The notes below the pieces were generated by a model. The model saw nothing but the letters and a program-made list of their open reading frames with translations. It did no database searches and was not told where the DNA came from. This document shows positions 17,389-26,773 of a DNA stretch of 31,867 nucleotides, piece after piece. Within the stretch, counting starts at the first letter, position 1; every line of letters begins with the position of its first letter. Position numbers and translations under genes: made by a program. Origin of the DNA: a virus (taxonomy: Duplodnaviria; Caudoviricetes); the IMG/VR virus record IMGVR_UViG_3300032270_001022, positions 1 through 31,867 of that record. One strand, written 5' to 3'.

Positions 17389-20300
17389 TTACGACCTCTC
17401 GTTCATTGATCTTTGTGAACGCTTGATCTTTTCCATAACTGCATTTGCAATCGCTTCTGGGTCCTGATTTGTTCCGTTGATAGTTATGTTGTACGAGTTG
17501 GCAACTGAACCACCACCAGAAGACTGAAGGCCAACAACCGAAGGCATCGAGCTGTCACCAGTTCCTGGAACTACGTGTAGATGTCTATCCCCTTGAGATC
17601 CATGGAATTCCGCAAATCCACCAGACTTCCTAACGGCAACTCCATACGCTCCAAGGTTTTGACCAACCAAGTCGTATGCATTTCCTGTTATGTGATCAGA
17701 CTTCAACGAGCCAAGACCCCAATTCCTAAGAGCTGATGTTACTGTGCGCTTTCCTGTAATTCCAGAGTCAATTTGACTGTGCCGAGCAAGCGTTTGTTGA
17801 ACTCGCGAAGTTGGTGTGTCTTTTGCTTTTGGAACATTTGTGTCTTGTTGGTACCAGACTGGAGGATTTGACCACCATGTTGGTGTTTCTTTGAACCAGT
17901 TTGGCGCAGAACCCGTAGACATGGATTTTGCAATCTCCGACCACTGGGTAGTCAGCCCCTGCAAGATGGCCGACTCTGATTCACTCATAAGGTCTATTGC
18001 TGTTTGTGTTGATTTTTCTCCAGCCGTAGTACTTGCTTCTAAATCTCCAGCCGTAAGAGCTAGGACCCCAGCCTGAGGACCAAGCAAAGCATTTACGTTG
18101 GCAAGGATTGTTTTGTTGATTAATTCTTTTGCTTCTTTTGCTTCATCGCCTGTTCCGCCAGCTTTATTCATTAACTCCTGGCTTATATTAAAACCACCAT
18201 TTTCTTTCATTGTGGTCATTTTGCTGTAAGCATCAACGAGTTGTGTTCCACTTAATTTATTGTTTAATGTGTCAAGCACGCTTTGTGGAAGAACCATTCC
18301 ACCCTCAGTTGCCATGGCCTGCATTTGATCGTAAATACTAAATGCGGTTTTTGACTTAAGACCAGTTGTCGGATCGTTCATGACTTGATTTATTAGCGCA
18401 TCAGCTCCACCCTTGAATCCCCCAGCGTTAGAGAAAGATTCGTAGGCACCGTAAAGCGGACTTGTTTTATCCGCAAATACTCGTGAGTTTTTATTTATTG
18501 TTCCATTTGGAGCCAAGCCCATTGTGTCCATAAACAAAGCAAGTGCAGCCGCGGGATCGTTAGGATTTACCGTCTGAGCGTTTGTCATGGTATCTTGCAG
18601 GAATTTTGTTACATCACTAGTTTCTAATCCACCAGCGCGAGCTTTTTCACCAAAACCCTTGGCTATTTCGTTCATTACCAACGGAGCATTTTGCGTCTTG
18701 ACAAATTCGTCAAGAGCGGAAACAGAATCAATCATTGCATTCGATAATTCCGTCTTAAGGGTTTGTGCGGTTTTTGCAATAAAAAATCCAAGCTGCTTTA
18801 ATGCATCAATAGATTTAAGGGTTGGGTCCAAAAGATTGACACCCATTGCGTCAGCCATTTTTTCGATTTCTGCTGCTGACTTCCCAGTTAGATCGGCCAT
18901 TCTTTTAATTTTGGGATCATAAGAATCCTTCATTATCTTGCCGATTTTTACGTAAGCTGCTGCTTGTTCTTCAAGTTGTTTGGTGAAAGCTGTTGAGTGT
19001 TTTTTAGCATCTTTTCCTTGTTTTTCGGTGAGAGTTCCGTTTGCAACAAGGTCATCAATCATCCCGCCACGAATCTCGTCAGTGTTTGCCTTTCCACCGG
19101 CATCGCCAAATTTTTTGGCCATGTTTATAACTTGATTAAAGCTACGATTTATATAATCAGCTCTTGTTGTTCCGCTCTTTGTAGAGTACTTAGTAAATGC
19201 ATCATATGAAGCCTTTTGCTCAAAGCCGTCAGTTATTGCCGTGGCAACGCCCTTGGCTGCTTTACGTTCTAGTTTTCCTCTATTGATTGTGCCAGCAGCA
19301 AAACCGACTACAGCACCGATCGCAGCACCAACAGCGGTTCCGATTCCAGGAACCATCGAGCCAATTGCAGCACCAGCAATTGCGCCAGCAGCAGCACCAC
19401 CCTTGGCTGTTTTTGCCTTCAACGCAGAGATACCAAAGCCAACACCGATAGCGGCCATTGGGCCAAACATAGGAGCAAGAGAAGCACCAAGAGCCATTCC
19501 GCCTTGGTCACCTACACCCTTTGAGGCAAGGTAGCTCATGCCTATCGATGTGGCCATGTTTGCGCCTTGGCTTTGTCCGCCAAGAACACGTCCAGTTCTT
19601 GACTTGTACTGTCCATCGGCATCTTTTGCACCAAGCAATCCAGGACCGCCAGGACCAAGTTTCCCAGTAAACGATCCAGAAGCAAAACGCTTAAAGTTGA
19701 GACCTGCCATTCGTCCTTTGAAACCAGCACCAGTTCTTGCTCCGCCGCTAGTTTGCGCTGCTTGTTGAAGTTCGCTTAGTTGTTTTCCTTGTCCAATTCC
19801 AAATATTCCACCACCAGCTCTTCTCTCGGCTATTGATGCTTTGAAGTTGGTGTACTTTGCTCGTAAAAATTGACCGTTTGATTGATAGTTCGCCGCGTCA
19901 GATCTAAGACCTGCACCTTGAGCTCTGAATTCGTCTCTACGACGAGTTAGTTGTTCGAGTTTTCCCTCTACCGTTCGTCCACCAGCACTACCAGTCGAAT
20001 ATCCCTGCTCGGCGTTCTTTGAACGATCCCCTCTCGATGCAAGACTGTCTTTGTAGTAAACCCTTCCGGTTGTTGTGGAAGTTCTTCTTTCTATGTCTCC
20101 AGCTTTTTGCCCACCAGTCGTTACTCCTCCGGCTGTAACACCTGCATATTTTTTTAGCATCTTGTCCGATTCACCACCAGCTACAGCGGACCTGTGGAGT
20201 GTCTTATCTGCTTTTGCTTGGAGTCTTGCCGCCTCCGCGTGATCTCCGTTAGCTGCTGCTGCTCTGGCTTGTGCTTCGAGAGCAAGTCCTTGACCTTCGA

Positions 20301-22839
20301 GTCTTTGCGACTTTGCTAACAAATTTTGGCCTTTTCGAGTTGCGGCTGCTTCAACTCTTGACTCTTTATTCGCTTGCATTTTTCTTTGGAATGGAGTGAG
20401 ACCCGTATTCCCACCAGCAGCCGCAGACGCAGCTCTAGCTTCTTTTCTTTGCTGCAATGTTTCAGCACGTTTTTGATCTGAATCAAGTTTTGACTTTTCA
20501 GCTTCTGCTGCTTGGAGTGCAGTTATCTGTCCTCTTGAGGCAACAGTTTCCAGTGCTGCAAGTTGTCTGTTTTCCATATGCGTTCTAGTACCTCCTAGTC
20601 CGCGCAATCTTCTAAGTTCTTCCTCCATTTCCGTGCCTGTTTTTAAGTTGGTTACACCGGCAGTTTTTATTTGTGAAAAAATTTCTTTTGGGGCCTGATT
20701 TATGGTGTCAATGTGATCCGCTAATCCTGCTGCCCCAGCCACACCGCCATATCCCATCCCAACCATTCTTCTTTGCACCTGACCCTGAACTGTTCCGACG
20801 CCATGCAATCTTGTTTCTTCGTTGTATGTGAGTTGCTCCGGTGTCATTAGAGAGGGGCTAATCATCCCAACTCTTCCACGCAATGAACTTTGGTCGTAAA
20901 ACTCTCTACCTCCACGTGATCTTTGACCAGTGAGGAAAGACATTGAGAGTTGACCGCCTCCAGCACCAGCACCACCTGCTCCGCCTGCAGCACCGCCACC
21001 TCCTGCTCCAGGAGCACCAGGCGCGCCTGGGACCATTACTCCACCAGCACCATAAGTTGGAACCATTGCGGTATTGCCGGTTGCCATTGCCATTTGTCTT
21101 GCGTATCTATTGGTGAAATACGCGTCATTTGGATTATTTCCAGTGCCCTTAAGGCCCATTGACCTGTTCCACATTCGACCCATGAATCCACTGTTCGAAG
21201 CACCTTGAGTGTATGAGTCTTTATTTTTAAGGAATCTATTACCTCTAAACATTTGTGTGAGCATAAACCCGCTCATAAGGCTTCCAATTATGTTTCCGCC
21301 GCCTTTTCCGTTACCACCAAGACCACCAAGTCCTGATAGTGCGCCAAAAACTTTTGAAATCATTCCAACAAGTGATGCAAGTGAGTTGATTATTGGTGTC
21401 AAAACTGGCAATAATCTGAAAAATGCTTTTTGAATTTCACCGCTGAGCTTGTTTAGATTCTGCAATAGCTTGCCGGTTGCATCTGCAAAATCATGCAATT
21501 CGAGTTTATTGTCCTTGATTAGGTCGCTAACTCTTTTTACGTTTCCACCAATAAGCGGACCAAAGATCTTGCCAAACATGTCTGTAAGAACACGAGCGCT
21601 TTCGCGGTATGGTCTTAGTGTGTTTGGAAGGGTTTCTTTAAAAAATGTAGTTATATAGCGGAATGGTTTTGAAAACTTCTCAAACCAACCACTTGCTTGT
21701 GGCAAGTATTTTTGAGTCAAGCTGACCATTAGGTTTGCTAGCTTTTCAACAACCCTAACAATGAATGGGATGCTGTCGGTCTGTGCAAATTGTTGAAAGC
21801 TAACTGATATCTTGGCAAATGCATTCTTGAGTGTTGCAAATATTTGTTTTAGAGCATCTTTTGCTGGTGCAAGAAGAGGTTGACCAAAGTCTGCAAATAA
21901 GGCTTTTGCCTGGCCCATGTAGCTCTTAAGCTGTCCAATTAGGGTGCCGTTCATTGTTTCGAGCATGCCTTCGACGCCAGCCAGTTTCGCAAGTTTTCCG
22001 CTCATGACGGCTTCACGGATTGACTTCTGTGATCCAAGGTTTACTTTGTCTTCTTTTTTGGCTTTTGCGTTGGCTTGTTGAATCCTTTTATACATGTCAT
22101 CGCCCATTGTCGCCTTCATGGCTTTTTGGATTTGAGCAATTGATGCTTTTCTTTTTTCAAGAAGTCCTACAAAGTCTCCTGCTGCTTGCATAGCTTTTTC
22201 AGGGTTGCCGCTAGCTAGAGCAAAATTTGCCATCTGCTTCAAGGCTGACTGTGATGCACCAGTAAATTCAGAATGCTTTGATGCAGCTTGGAAAGCGGAG
22301 GTGAGAGCCTTGGTTCCAAGTACAGCAAGCTTTGCGTCTCTTTCAAGGTTTGATAAAGCTGCTCTTGCCTGGTTTATTGATGGACCAAATTGTTTTTGCG
22401 ACGTGTACTGGAACGATGCCATCGCTGCTGTCTGTTCCCTCATTGCTGCAGCAAACAGTCCAGCTCCTGCTACCGCCGTTGCAAACGCACCGGCCAATCC
22501 AGCCATGGCGAACTGGTAGAGTTTCGCTGCACCTTGACCTATACGAAATAAGCCGTTCACAGAAGAGATTGCAGCAGCAAAAACGCCAAGTTGGATCCCT
22601 GCATTCATTGTTGCAAGCTTGAAAGTCTTGCCAAGAACCTTTGATGCGGTTGTTATTGACTTTTCGAAAGCCGTTAAAGATCTTTTAGTGAAGTCAATGT
22701 TCTTGGCTGTTTTGCCAAAAAGCTTTCCAGAACGATCAGCGTCGCTTCCGAGCGTGCGCAACAAAGCCTGGGTCCTTGCAATTGCCCCAGTGTCAGACTT
22801 AACATTTAGCCTGATTGTTACGTTGTTTTCAGCTGGCAT
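17389..22839 (-). CDS. Tape measure protein with C-terminal M15-like Zn peptidase motif
   Basis: 1816 aa, Ala/Gly/Lys-rich, after the chaperone genes. It has glycine-zipper hydrophobic segments, a terminal NITING...IA..V motif and SDHITGNAYD...HLHV. Confidence 0.9.
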   Translation of the reverse strand: MPAENNVTIRLNVKSDTGAIARTQALLRTLGSDADRSGKLFGKTAKNIDFTKRSLTAFEKSITTASKVLGKTFKLATMNAGIQLGVFAAAISSVNGLFRIGQGAAKLYQFAMAGLAGAFATAVAGAGLFAAAMREQTAAMASFQYTSQKQFGPSINQARAALSNLERDAKLAVLGTKALTSAFQAASKHSEFTGASQSALKQMANFALASGNPEKAMQAAGDFVGLLEKRKASIAQIQKAMKATMGDDMYKRIQQANAKAKKEDKVNLGSQKSIREAVMSGKLAKLAGVEGMLETMNGTLIGQLKSYMGQAKALFADFGQPLLAPAKDALKQIFATLKNAFAKISVSFQQFAQTDSIPFIVRVVEKLANLMVSLTQKYLPQASGWFEKFSKPFRYITTFFKETLPNTLRPYRESARVLTDMFGKIFGPLIGGNVKRVSDLIKDNKLELHDFADATGKLLQNLNKLSGEIQKAFFRLLPVLTPIINSLASLVGMISKVFGALSGLGGLGGNGKGGGNIIGSLMSGFMLTQMFRGNRFLKNKDSYTQGASNSGFMGRMWNRSMGLKGTGNNPNDAYFTNRYARQMAMATGNTAMVPTYGAGGVMVPGAPGAPGAGGGGAAGGAGGAGAGGGQLSMSFLTGQRSRGGREFYDQSSLRGRVGMISPSLMTPEQLTYNEETRLHGVGTVQGQVQRRMVGMGYGGVAGAAGLADHIDTINQAPKEIFSQIKTAGVTNLKTGTEMEEELRRLRGLGGTRTHMENRQLAALETVASRGQITALQAAEAEKSKLDSDQKRAETLQQRKEARAASAAAGGNTGLTPFQRKMQANKESRVEAAATRKGQNLLAKSQRLEGQGLALEAQARAAAANGDHAEAARLQAKADKTLHRSAVAGGESDKMLKKYAGVTAGGVTTGGQKAGDIERRTSTTTGRVYYKDSLASRGDRSKNAEQGYSTGSAGGRTVEGKLEQLTRRRDEFRAQGAGLRSDAANYQSNGQFLRAKYTNFKASIAERRAGGGIFGIGQGKQLSELQQAAQTSGGARTGAGFKGRMAGLNFKRFASGSFTGKLGPGGPGLLGAKDADGQYKSRTGRVLGGQSQGANMATSIGMSYLASKGVGDQGGMALGASLAPMFGPMAAIGVGFGISALKAKTAKGGAAAGAIAGAAIGSMVPGIGTAVGAAIGAVVGFAAGTINRGKLERKAAKGVATAITDGFEQKASYDAFTKYSTKSGTTRADYINRSFNQVINMAKKFGDAGGKANTDEIRGGMIDDLVANGTLTEKQGKDAKKHSTAFTKQLEEQAAAYVKIGKIMKDSYDPKIKRMADLTGKSAAEIEKMADAMGVNLLDPTLKSIDALKQLGFFIAKTAQTLKTELSNAMIDSVSALDEFVKTQNAPLVMNEIAKGFGEKARAGGLETSDVTKFLQDTMTNAQTVNPNDPAAALALFMDTMGLAPNGTINKNSRVFADKTSPLYGAYESFSNAGGFKGGADALINQVMNDPTTGLKSKTAFSIYDQMQAMATEGGMVLPQSVLDTLNNKLSGTQLVDAYSKMTTMKENGGFNISQELMNKAGGTGDEAKEAKELINKTILANVNALLGPQAGVLALTAGDLEASTTAGEKSTQTAIDLMSESESAILQGLTTQWSEIAKSMSTGSAPNWFKETPTWWSNPPVWYQQDTNVPKAKDTPTSRVQQTLARHSQIDSGITGKRTVTSALRNWGLGSLKSDHITGNAYDLVGQNLGAYGVAVRKSGGFAEFHGSQGDRHLHVVPGTGDSSMPSVVGLQSSGGGSVANSYNITINGTNQDPEAIANAVMEKIKRSQRSMNERS

Positions 22840-22868
22840 CTATACGCCCCACCATTCAAGAAAACAAA

Positions 22869-23081
22869 CTATTTTTTGTTTGCTTCTGCAGCCTGTTTTG
22901 CGCGATCTTGCTCAATAACTTTAGCACAAGCAAACCGTATCAGCCATTCGTCTTCGGGTACGTTGAGTATCACCAAAGGGTCTGTTCCGAATAGTTCTCC
23001 TAGCCTTGCCGCTGTTTGTATGCGGCTGTCCTCGACGAGATCGTCTAGGACGTCTTCGTAGGGTCCGTCGTATCGACAGTA
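22869..23081 (-). CDS. Tail assembly chaperone extension (gpT-like), start-less, -1 frame relative to upstream chaperone; not in ORF track
   Basis: Open frame ...GPYEDVLDDLVEDSRIQTAARLGELFGTDPLVILNVPEDEWLIRFACAKVIEQDRAKQAAEANKK* fills the gap between chaperone and tape measure. It is bounded upstream by TGA at 23082-23084. Confidence 0.75.
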   Translation of the reverse strand, partial: YCRYDGPYEDVLDDLVEDSRIQTAARLGELFGTDPLVILNVPEDEWLIRFACAKVIEQDRAKQAAEANKK

Positions 23082-23605
23082 TCAGAATACCCGGCGGCCT
23101 CCAACACTGCAAGTGCAGCGGCTTCTACGTGTGGGTCAATACCAAAAAACGCACGAACGGCGTCTGGTACTGCGCGGGTGGTTTGGGTCATCCGATGGAT
23201 ATCAGGAGAAGTGAAGTTCAATGAGTAACCATCTTCGTCGAAAGCTTCAATGTTGTTTACAAAGATTCCTGTCGTTGTTGCAGAGATGACAGTGCAAGCA
23301 AACTTAGTTGGATCAACACCATTTTTGGAGTCTTCGCCGCAGTTCTTACGCCACTGACGAATTTGATGCTGGGTAATGTTTGGGCTTACCCGAACAGTTA
23401 CGCCTGGTCTTTCCGGTACTTCAATGAGAACGTAAGGTCTCTCAATTTTCTTTGAGATAACAGCCTTGAGTTCGTCGAGAACCGAAGGGGGTCGTTCGCC
23501 TCTTGTTTTTGCCGCAGATGAAGCGTCTGGTTGCTGAGAACCAGATTGCACCTCTACTACAGACTCTTCTTCATTTCCATCTGTGAAATTGATTTTAGTT
23601 GCCAT
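23045..23605 (-). CDS. Tail assembly chaperone (gpG-like)
   Basis: Between tube and tape measure; ends ...DPTKTS with an overlapping -1 frame ORF. Confidence 0.75.
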   Translation of the reverse strand: MATKINFTDGNEEESVVEVQSGSQQPDASSAAKTRGERPPSVLDELKAVISKKIERPYVLIEVPERPGVTVRVSPNITQHQIRQWRKNCGEDSKNGVDPTKFACTVISATTTGIFVNNIEAFDEDGYSLNFTSPDIHRMTQTTRAVPDAVRAFFGIDPHVEAAALAVLEAAGYSDTVDTTDPTKTS

Positions 23606-23612
23606 GCAGCGA

Positions 23613-23621
23613 ACACTAGCA
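23613..23621 (-). promoter_or_regulatory. Putative extended -10 TGCTAGTGT, leaderless transcript
   Basis: 7 nt upstream of ATG 23605, no SD. The same GCTAGTGT word precedes ruvC. Confidence 0.55.
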
Positions 23622-23681
23622 GCAAGCTAGTGGTGGTACGTGAACTATCTAACTTTTATTATTTAGATAATTATTTACGTA

Positions 23682-24143
23682 CTATTGCGTGTTGCGTGGA
23701 GAAACGCTGCTGACGCTGAATGTCAGAGCAAACGTTGCTGGTGCGCCAGAAGACGAGTCGCCTTCTGGGTCGGTCAAACCTACGAGCAAGCAATTTGGGT
23801 ACACGCGCTGGGTATTTTGGATAACACCGAAGTCTGTGTCAGTCGAGAAGACTGTTACGTCGTAACGAGCACGACCTACAACTTGGCGTGCTTCCATCAA
23901 GAAGCCAGCAACATCGTTCAAGTCCGTGTCGTAATGAGCCGTCACGGTGATGTCACCAATTTCTGCTGGAGCAGGGAGAACCTCAGGGAAAAGCTTTCCA
24001 CCAAGGTAGATCTTTTCTACCGAAGCGGTTACTTCACCACCGGATACTTGAGCAAAGTACGGAGCGAAGACTGGACCAACAGGGGACGAGTCCGTCCGTG
24101 GGTTGATCTTCGCGAGTATTTGCCTTTGCGCTGCTTTTGCCAT
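23682..24143 (-). CDS. Tail tube protein
   Basis: 153 aa immediately after the sheath; F..VSGGE......Y.GG...P, DIT.T, D..S...A.F.LTF.V; AAGGAG RBS. Confidence 0.85.
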   Translation of the reverse strand: MAKAAQRQILAKINPRTDSSPVGPVFAPYFAQVSGGEVTASVEKIYLGGKLFPEVLPAPAEIGDITVTAHYDTDLNDVAGFLMEARQVVGRARYDVTVFSTDTDFGVIQNTQRVYPNCLLVGLTDPEGDSSSGAPATFALTFSVSSVSPRNTQ

Positions 24144-24160
24144 GACTTAATCTCCTTCGA

Positions 24161-25612
24161 TTACGAGAGTGAACCGCTGATGTTCGACTTCAAAATGTCG
24201 ACCTGAATCAACTCGCCGATTGTCGAAACTCTCAAGCCAACACGTGCCTTGATTGTTCCTTCTGCGAGCTGTGATGCTGGGTTGAGTCCATTATCGCACT
24301 TAACCGTGTATCCGTAGTCGATGCGCTTTCCTGTAGCGTCAAACGCTTCGTACAAACCACCAGCAAGTCTAATTGGCTCGATGATGCTGGTCAAACGCGA
24401 TGCAATTTCTGCAAAAATCGCATTTCGACCGTCAAGAACACCGAACACGAGGTCTTCAAGAGTCGTCTTGCAAGCAACAGTAATGTAGTTGATTGCGTCA
24501 CGAGCCGTGATGAACTTGAAGTCTGCCGAGTCTGCCGATACCGAACGGGCACCGTAGATTCTGATTGAACCCTGGATCACGCGGATCGCATTAACATTTG
24601 CTGCGTTAAGTGTGTCGCCATCTGTTCTGCCGATTTCAGCAGCCAAACCAGAAACGTAGTTTGCAACCGAAACAAGACCAGCAGAAGGGGCCCATGCGCC
24701 TGTCTGAGTGTGGACCTTGCTTCTCTTTGCTGCAACGTATGCGTCTGGCGGGATTGATCTTGTTCCACCGTTTGTTACACCGTCAGGTATTTTTACCCAT
24801 GGGTAGTAAAGCGCGCCGTACTCTGCATGATCAAGAGCAGAAGCTGCTTCTGAATCAGCAATTACTCCGTTGACAGTTTGCAACGAAGTTGAGTGCATCA
24901 AGGCAATTCTGTTATTCGTGTATCCATGATTCAACAAAACTTCATGCGCAGCACTAGTTCCAAGTTCTACTAGTGAAACTGCACCAGCACCAAGGCTGTC
25001 GATGAAAAGATCCAAAGCTGCTTCATGCTCGTCGATTGTTACAGCTCCAGCTCCAGCTGCTCCGCCAGTGAATCCTGTAACAGATGCAGAAGTTGTTGGA
25101 AGCGATGTTGAAACACCAGCAGCGGCAGTTACGTAAAGCGAAGCAATTGGGCTTGCATTAAGGGCAGAAACAAGGTCTGCCACGTTGTCATACGCTGCGC
25201 TCTGGTAAATAGATGTTGAGCTAGTTGGGTAGTAAAGGCTTACTACAGAGCTTCCACTAGTTGTGGTTACCGAAGCATAAAGATCATCTGACCAGTCGCC
25301 AGGTCCCTTTGCGGTAAGGTCGATCGAGCTACCAAATGAAAGCTCGCCAGATACTGCATCTGGGCCAACAACTCTTGCAACGTAGGCTCTTGCACCACCC
25401 TCTTCAAAGAATGTTGCGATCGAATCGTAGAGGCTTGAACCAGCAAGTCTTCCACCATAAACGTCTTCAAACTCCGAAATGGAGGTAATTGAGACGTATT
25501 CGTCTGCAGGTCCGCGTTGTGCGTAACCAGCTACGAAAAATGATGCTGCAGGTGCAACTTGCGCACCTACTGGACCGGTTCTTACTGAAGTTGAAACTAT
25601 TACACCTGGCAT
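24161..25612 (-). CDS. Contractile tail sheath protein
   Basis: MPGV.V, F.AG.A.RGP, FF.EGG.RAYV.RV, A...G.W, YGALYYPW, PP..YVA, LN.A.VNAIR, IYGAR; GGAGG RBS. Confidence 0.95.
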   Translation of the reverse strand: MPGVIVSTSVRTGPVGAQVAPAASFFVAGYAQRGPADEYVSITSISEFEDVYGGRLAGSSLYDSIATFFEEGGARAYVARVVGPDAVSGELSFGSSIDLTAKGPGDWSDDLYASVTTTSGSSVVSLYYPTSSTSIYQSAAYDNVADLVSALNASPIASLYVTAAAGVSTSLPTTSASVTGFTGGAAGAGAVTIDEHEAALDLFIDSLGAGAVSLVELGTSAAHEVLLNHGYTNNRIALMHSTSLQTVNGVIADSEAASALDHAEYGALYYPWVKIPDGVTNGGTRSIPPDAYVAAKRSKVHTQTGAWAPSAGLVSVANYVSGLAAEIGRTDGDTLNAANVNAIRVIQGSIRIYGARSVSADSADFKFITARDAINYITVACKTTLEDLVFGVLDGRNAIFAEIASRLTSIIEPIRLAGGLYEAFDATGKRIDYGYTVKCDNGLNPASQLAEGTIKARVGLRVSTIGELIQVDILKSNISGSLS

Positions 25613-25636
25613 GTTGCCACCCTCCGTGCTTTATCG

Positions 25637-25694
25637 GCTGTTGGGGTTTGATTTACTTCTCCGATTGTACAGAAGTAAATGCCACTCCGACAGC
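25637..25694. repeat. Long imperfect inverted repeat with TACAAT (-10, minus strand) at its centre
   Basis: Perfect ATTTACTTCT/AGAAGTAAAT (25651-25660 / 25671-25680) plus outer arms GCTGTTGGGGT/ACTCCGACAGC. Confidence 0.75.
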
Positions 25695-25696
25695 AA

Positions 25697-26290
25697 CTAT
25701 TCCTCGGTAACATTTAATTCCGTAGAATAATCTACATCTATGGCGTTGACGGTTCCGATTGGTTGTCTTGTTACTGTTTCTGTCATCGCTAGATCGTAAG
25801 ACAGATACGCTCCGGCGAGCAATCTGTCTCCTTTTATTAGCGTTAAATCAGAAAATTCTTCAGTAAGTGTTGATTCGTCCATTACTGCTTGGAATGTCTT
25901 TTCTGGGTCAATCGATCTCAACGATGGGTAGTCAAGAAGCGAAGATCTCAGCACTGTTGTCAAGTTATCTCGCATAAATGTGACTTCTTCTGAACCCTGA
26001 GCCCTTACCCAGACGTATGTTCTCATTCCATAATTGACCCTGTACGTTGGGTCGTTCCCTGGAGTGAATGATTCCCTAGTAAACGATTTTGTAGAAATTG
26101 CAACAGTTATGATCATCGGCCAGGTATCCATGGCCATTGGTTCATAGGTTGCAAATTTCGCAATGTCAGGGAGGCGATCGTCGTCAAGGCCCCATTCGTT
26201 TCTGTAGGTGATCAGCCTTCTTGGCATGTCCGAACTCAAAAAGTCGTTCATGTAATTTTTTGCTTTTGCAGGACCAAACATTATTGTCAT
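25697..26290 (-). CDS. Tail terminator / completion protein (putative)
   Basis: Position between the virion morphogenesis gene and the sheath; ~200 aa alpha/beta. The function is inferred from gene order only. Confidence 0.55.
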   Translation of the reverse strand: MTIMFGPAKAKNYMNDFLSSDMPRRLITYRNEWGLDDDRLPDIAKFATYEPMAMDTWPMIITVAISTKSFTRESFTPGNDPTYRVNYGMRTYVWVRAQGSEEVTFMRDNLTTVLRSSLLDYPSLRSIDPEKTFQAVMDESTLTEEFSDLTLIKGDRLLAGAYLSYDLAMTETVTRQPIGTVNAIDVDYSTELNVTEE

Positions 26291-26302
26291 ATCAGGAACC
26301 TA

Positions 26303-26773
26303 TCACCCAGGAACAATTCCGTCGACAACGTATCTTGAAAGATCCTGAGCCATTGTTTCAGCAAACAATGGTGGCTCAAATACAAGTTTTCTTTTTGCCA
26401 TTTTAGTTGTTCCGTATTGATGAAATTTTGCAAACTCTACGTTCGTTCCAAACTCTGCTTCACTGTCACCTATTCTCGATGCAGAGTTTCTTAGATTTGT
26501 CAAGCTTGCAAGAAGACTTCCATCTTGAACCATTATTGGAGCACCAGGAAAATGAACCATCTTCCACGCTGCGTATTTTGCATCCAATGGGGCCCAACCA
26601 CCAGATGGAAGACCGGCCTGAGCAAAGTTGTCGGCATAGGCAGTTTGCAAAAGAATTCTTGCGTGGTTAAAAATTGCTCGAGGGTGCTCTGCTCTTTGCT
26701 GTATCTTTTCGAGATTAAATATTGCTTGATTTAATTCTCTTTCATTTACATTTATTTCAACTCTGTCGGCCAT
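26303..26773 (-). CDS. Phage virion morphogenesis / tail completion protein (P2 gpS / Mu gpG-like)
   Basis: W.PL...Y, G.L..SL, FGTNV.FAKFHQYGT.KM.KR motifs. Confidence 0.85.
   Translation of the reverse strand: MADRVEINVNERELNQAIFNLEKIQQRAEHPRAIFNHARILLQTAYADNFAQAGLPSGGWAPLDAKYAAWKMVHFPGAPIMVQDGSLLASLTNLRNSASRIGDSEAEFGTNVEFAKFHQYGTTKMAKRKLVFEPPLFAETMAQDLSRYVVDGIVPG

Noticed and set aside
10694-25612. Extracellular contractile injection system or tailocin
   Set aside because: A head-tail adaptor, virion morphogenesis protein, long tape measure, RuvC and ParB genes are adjacent, and no eCIS AAA+ ATPase is seen; a phage is the simpler reading.
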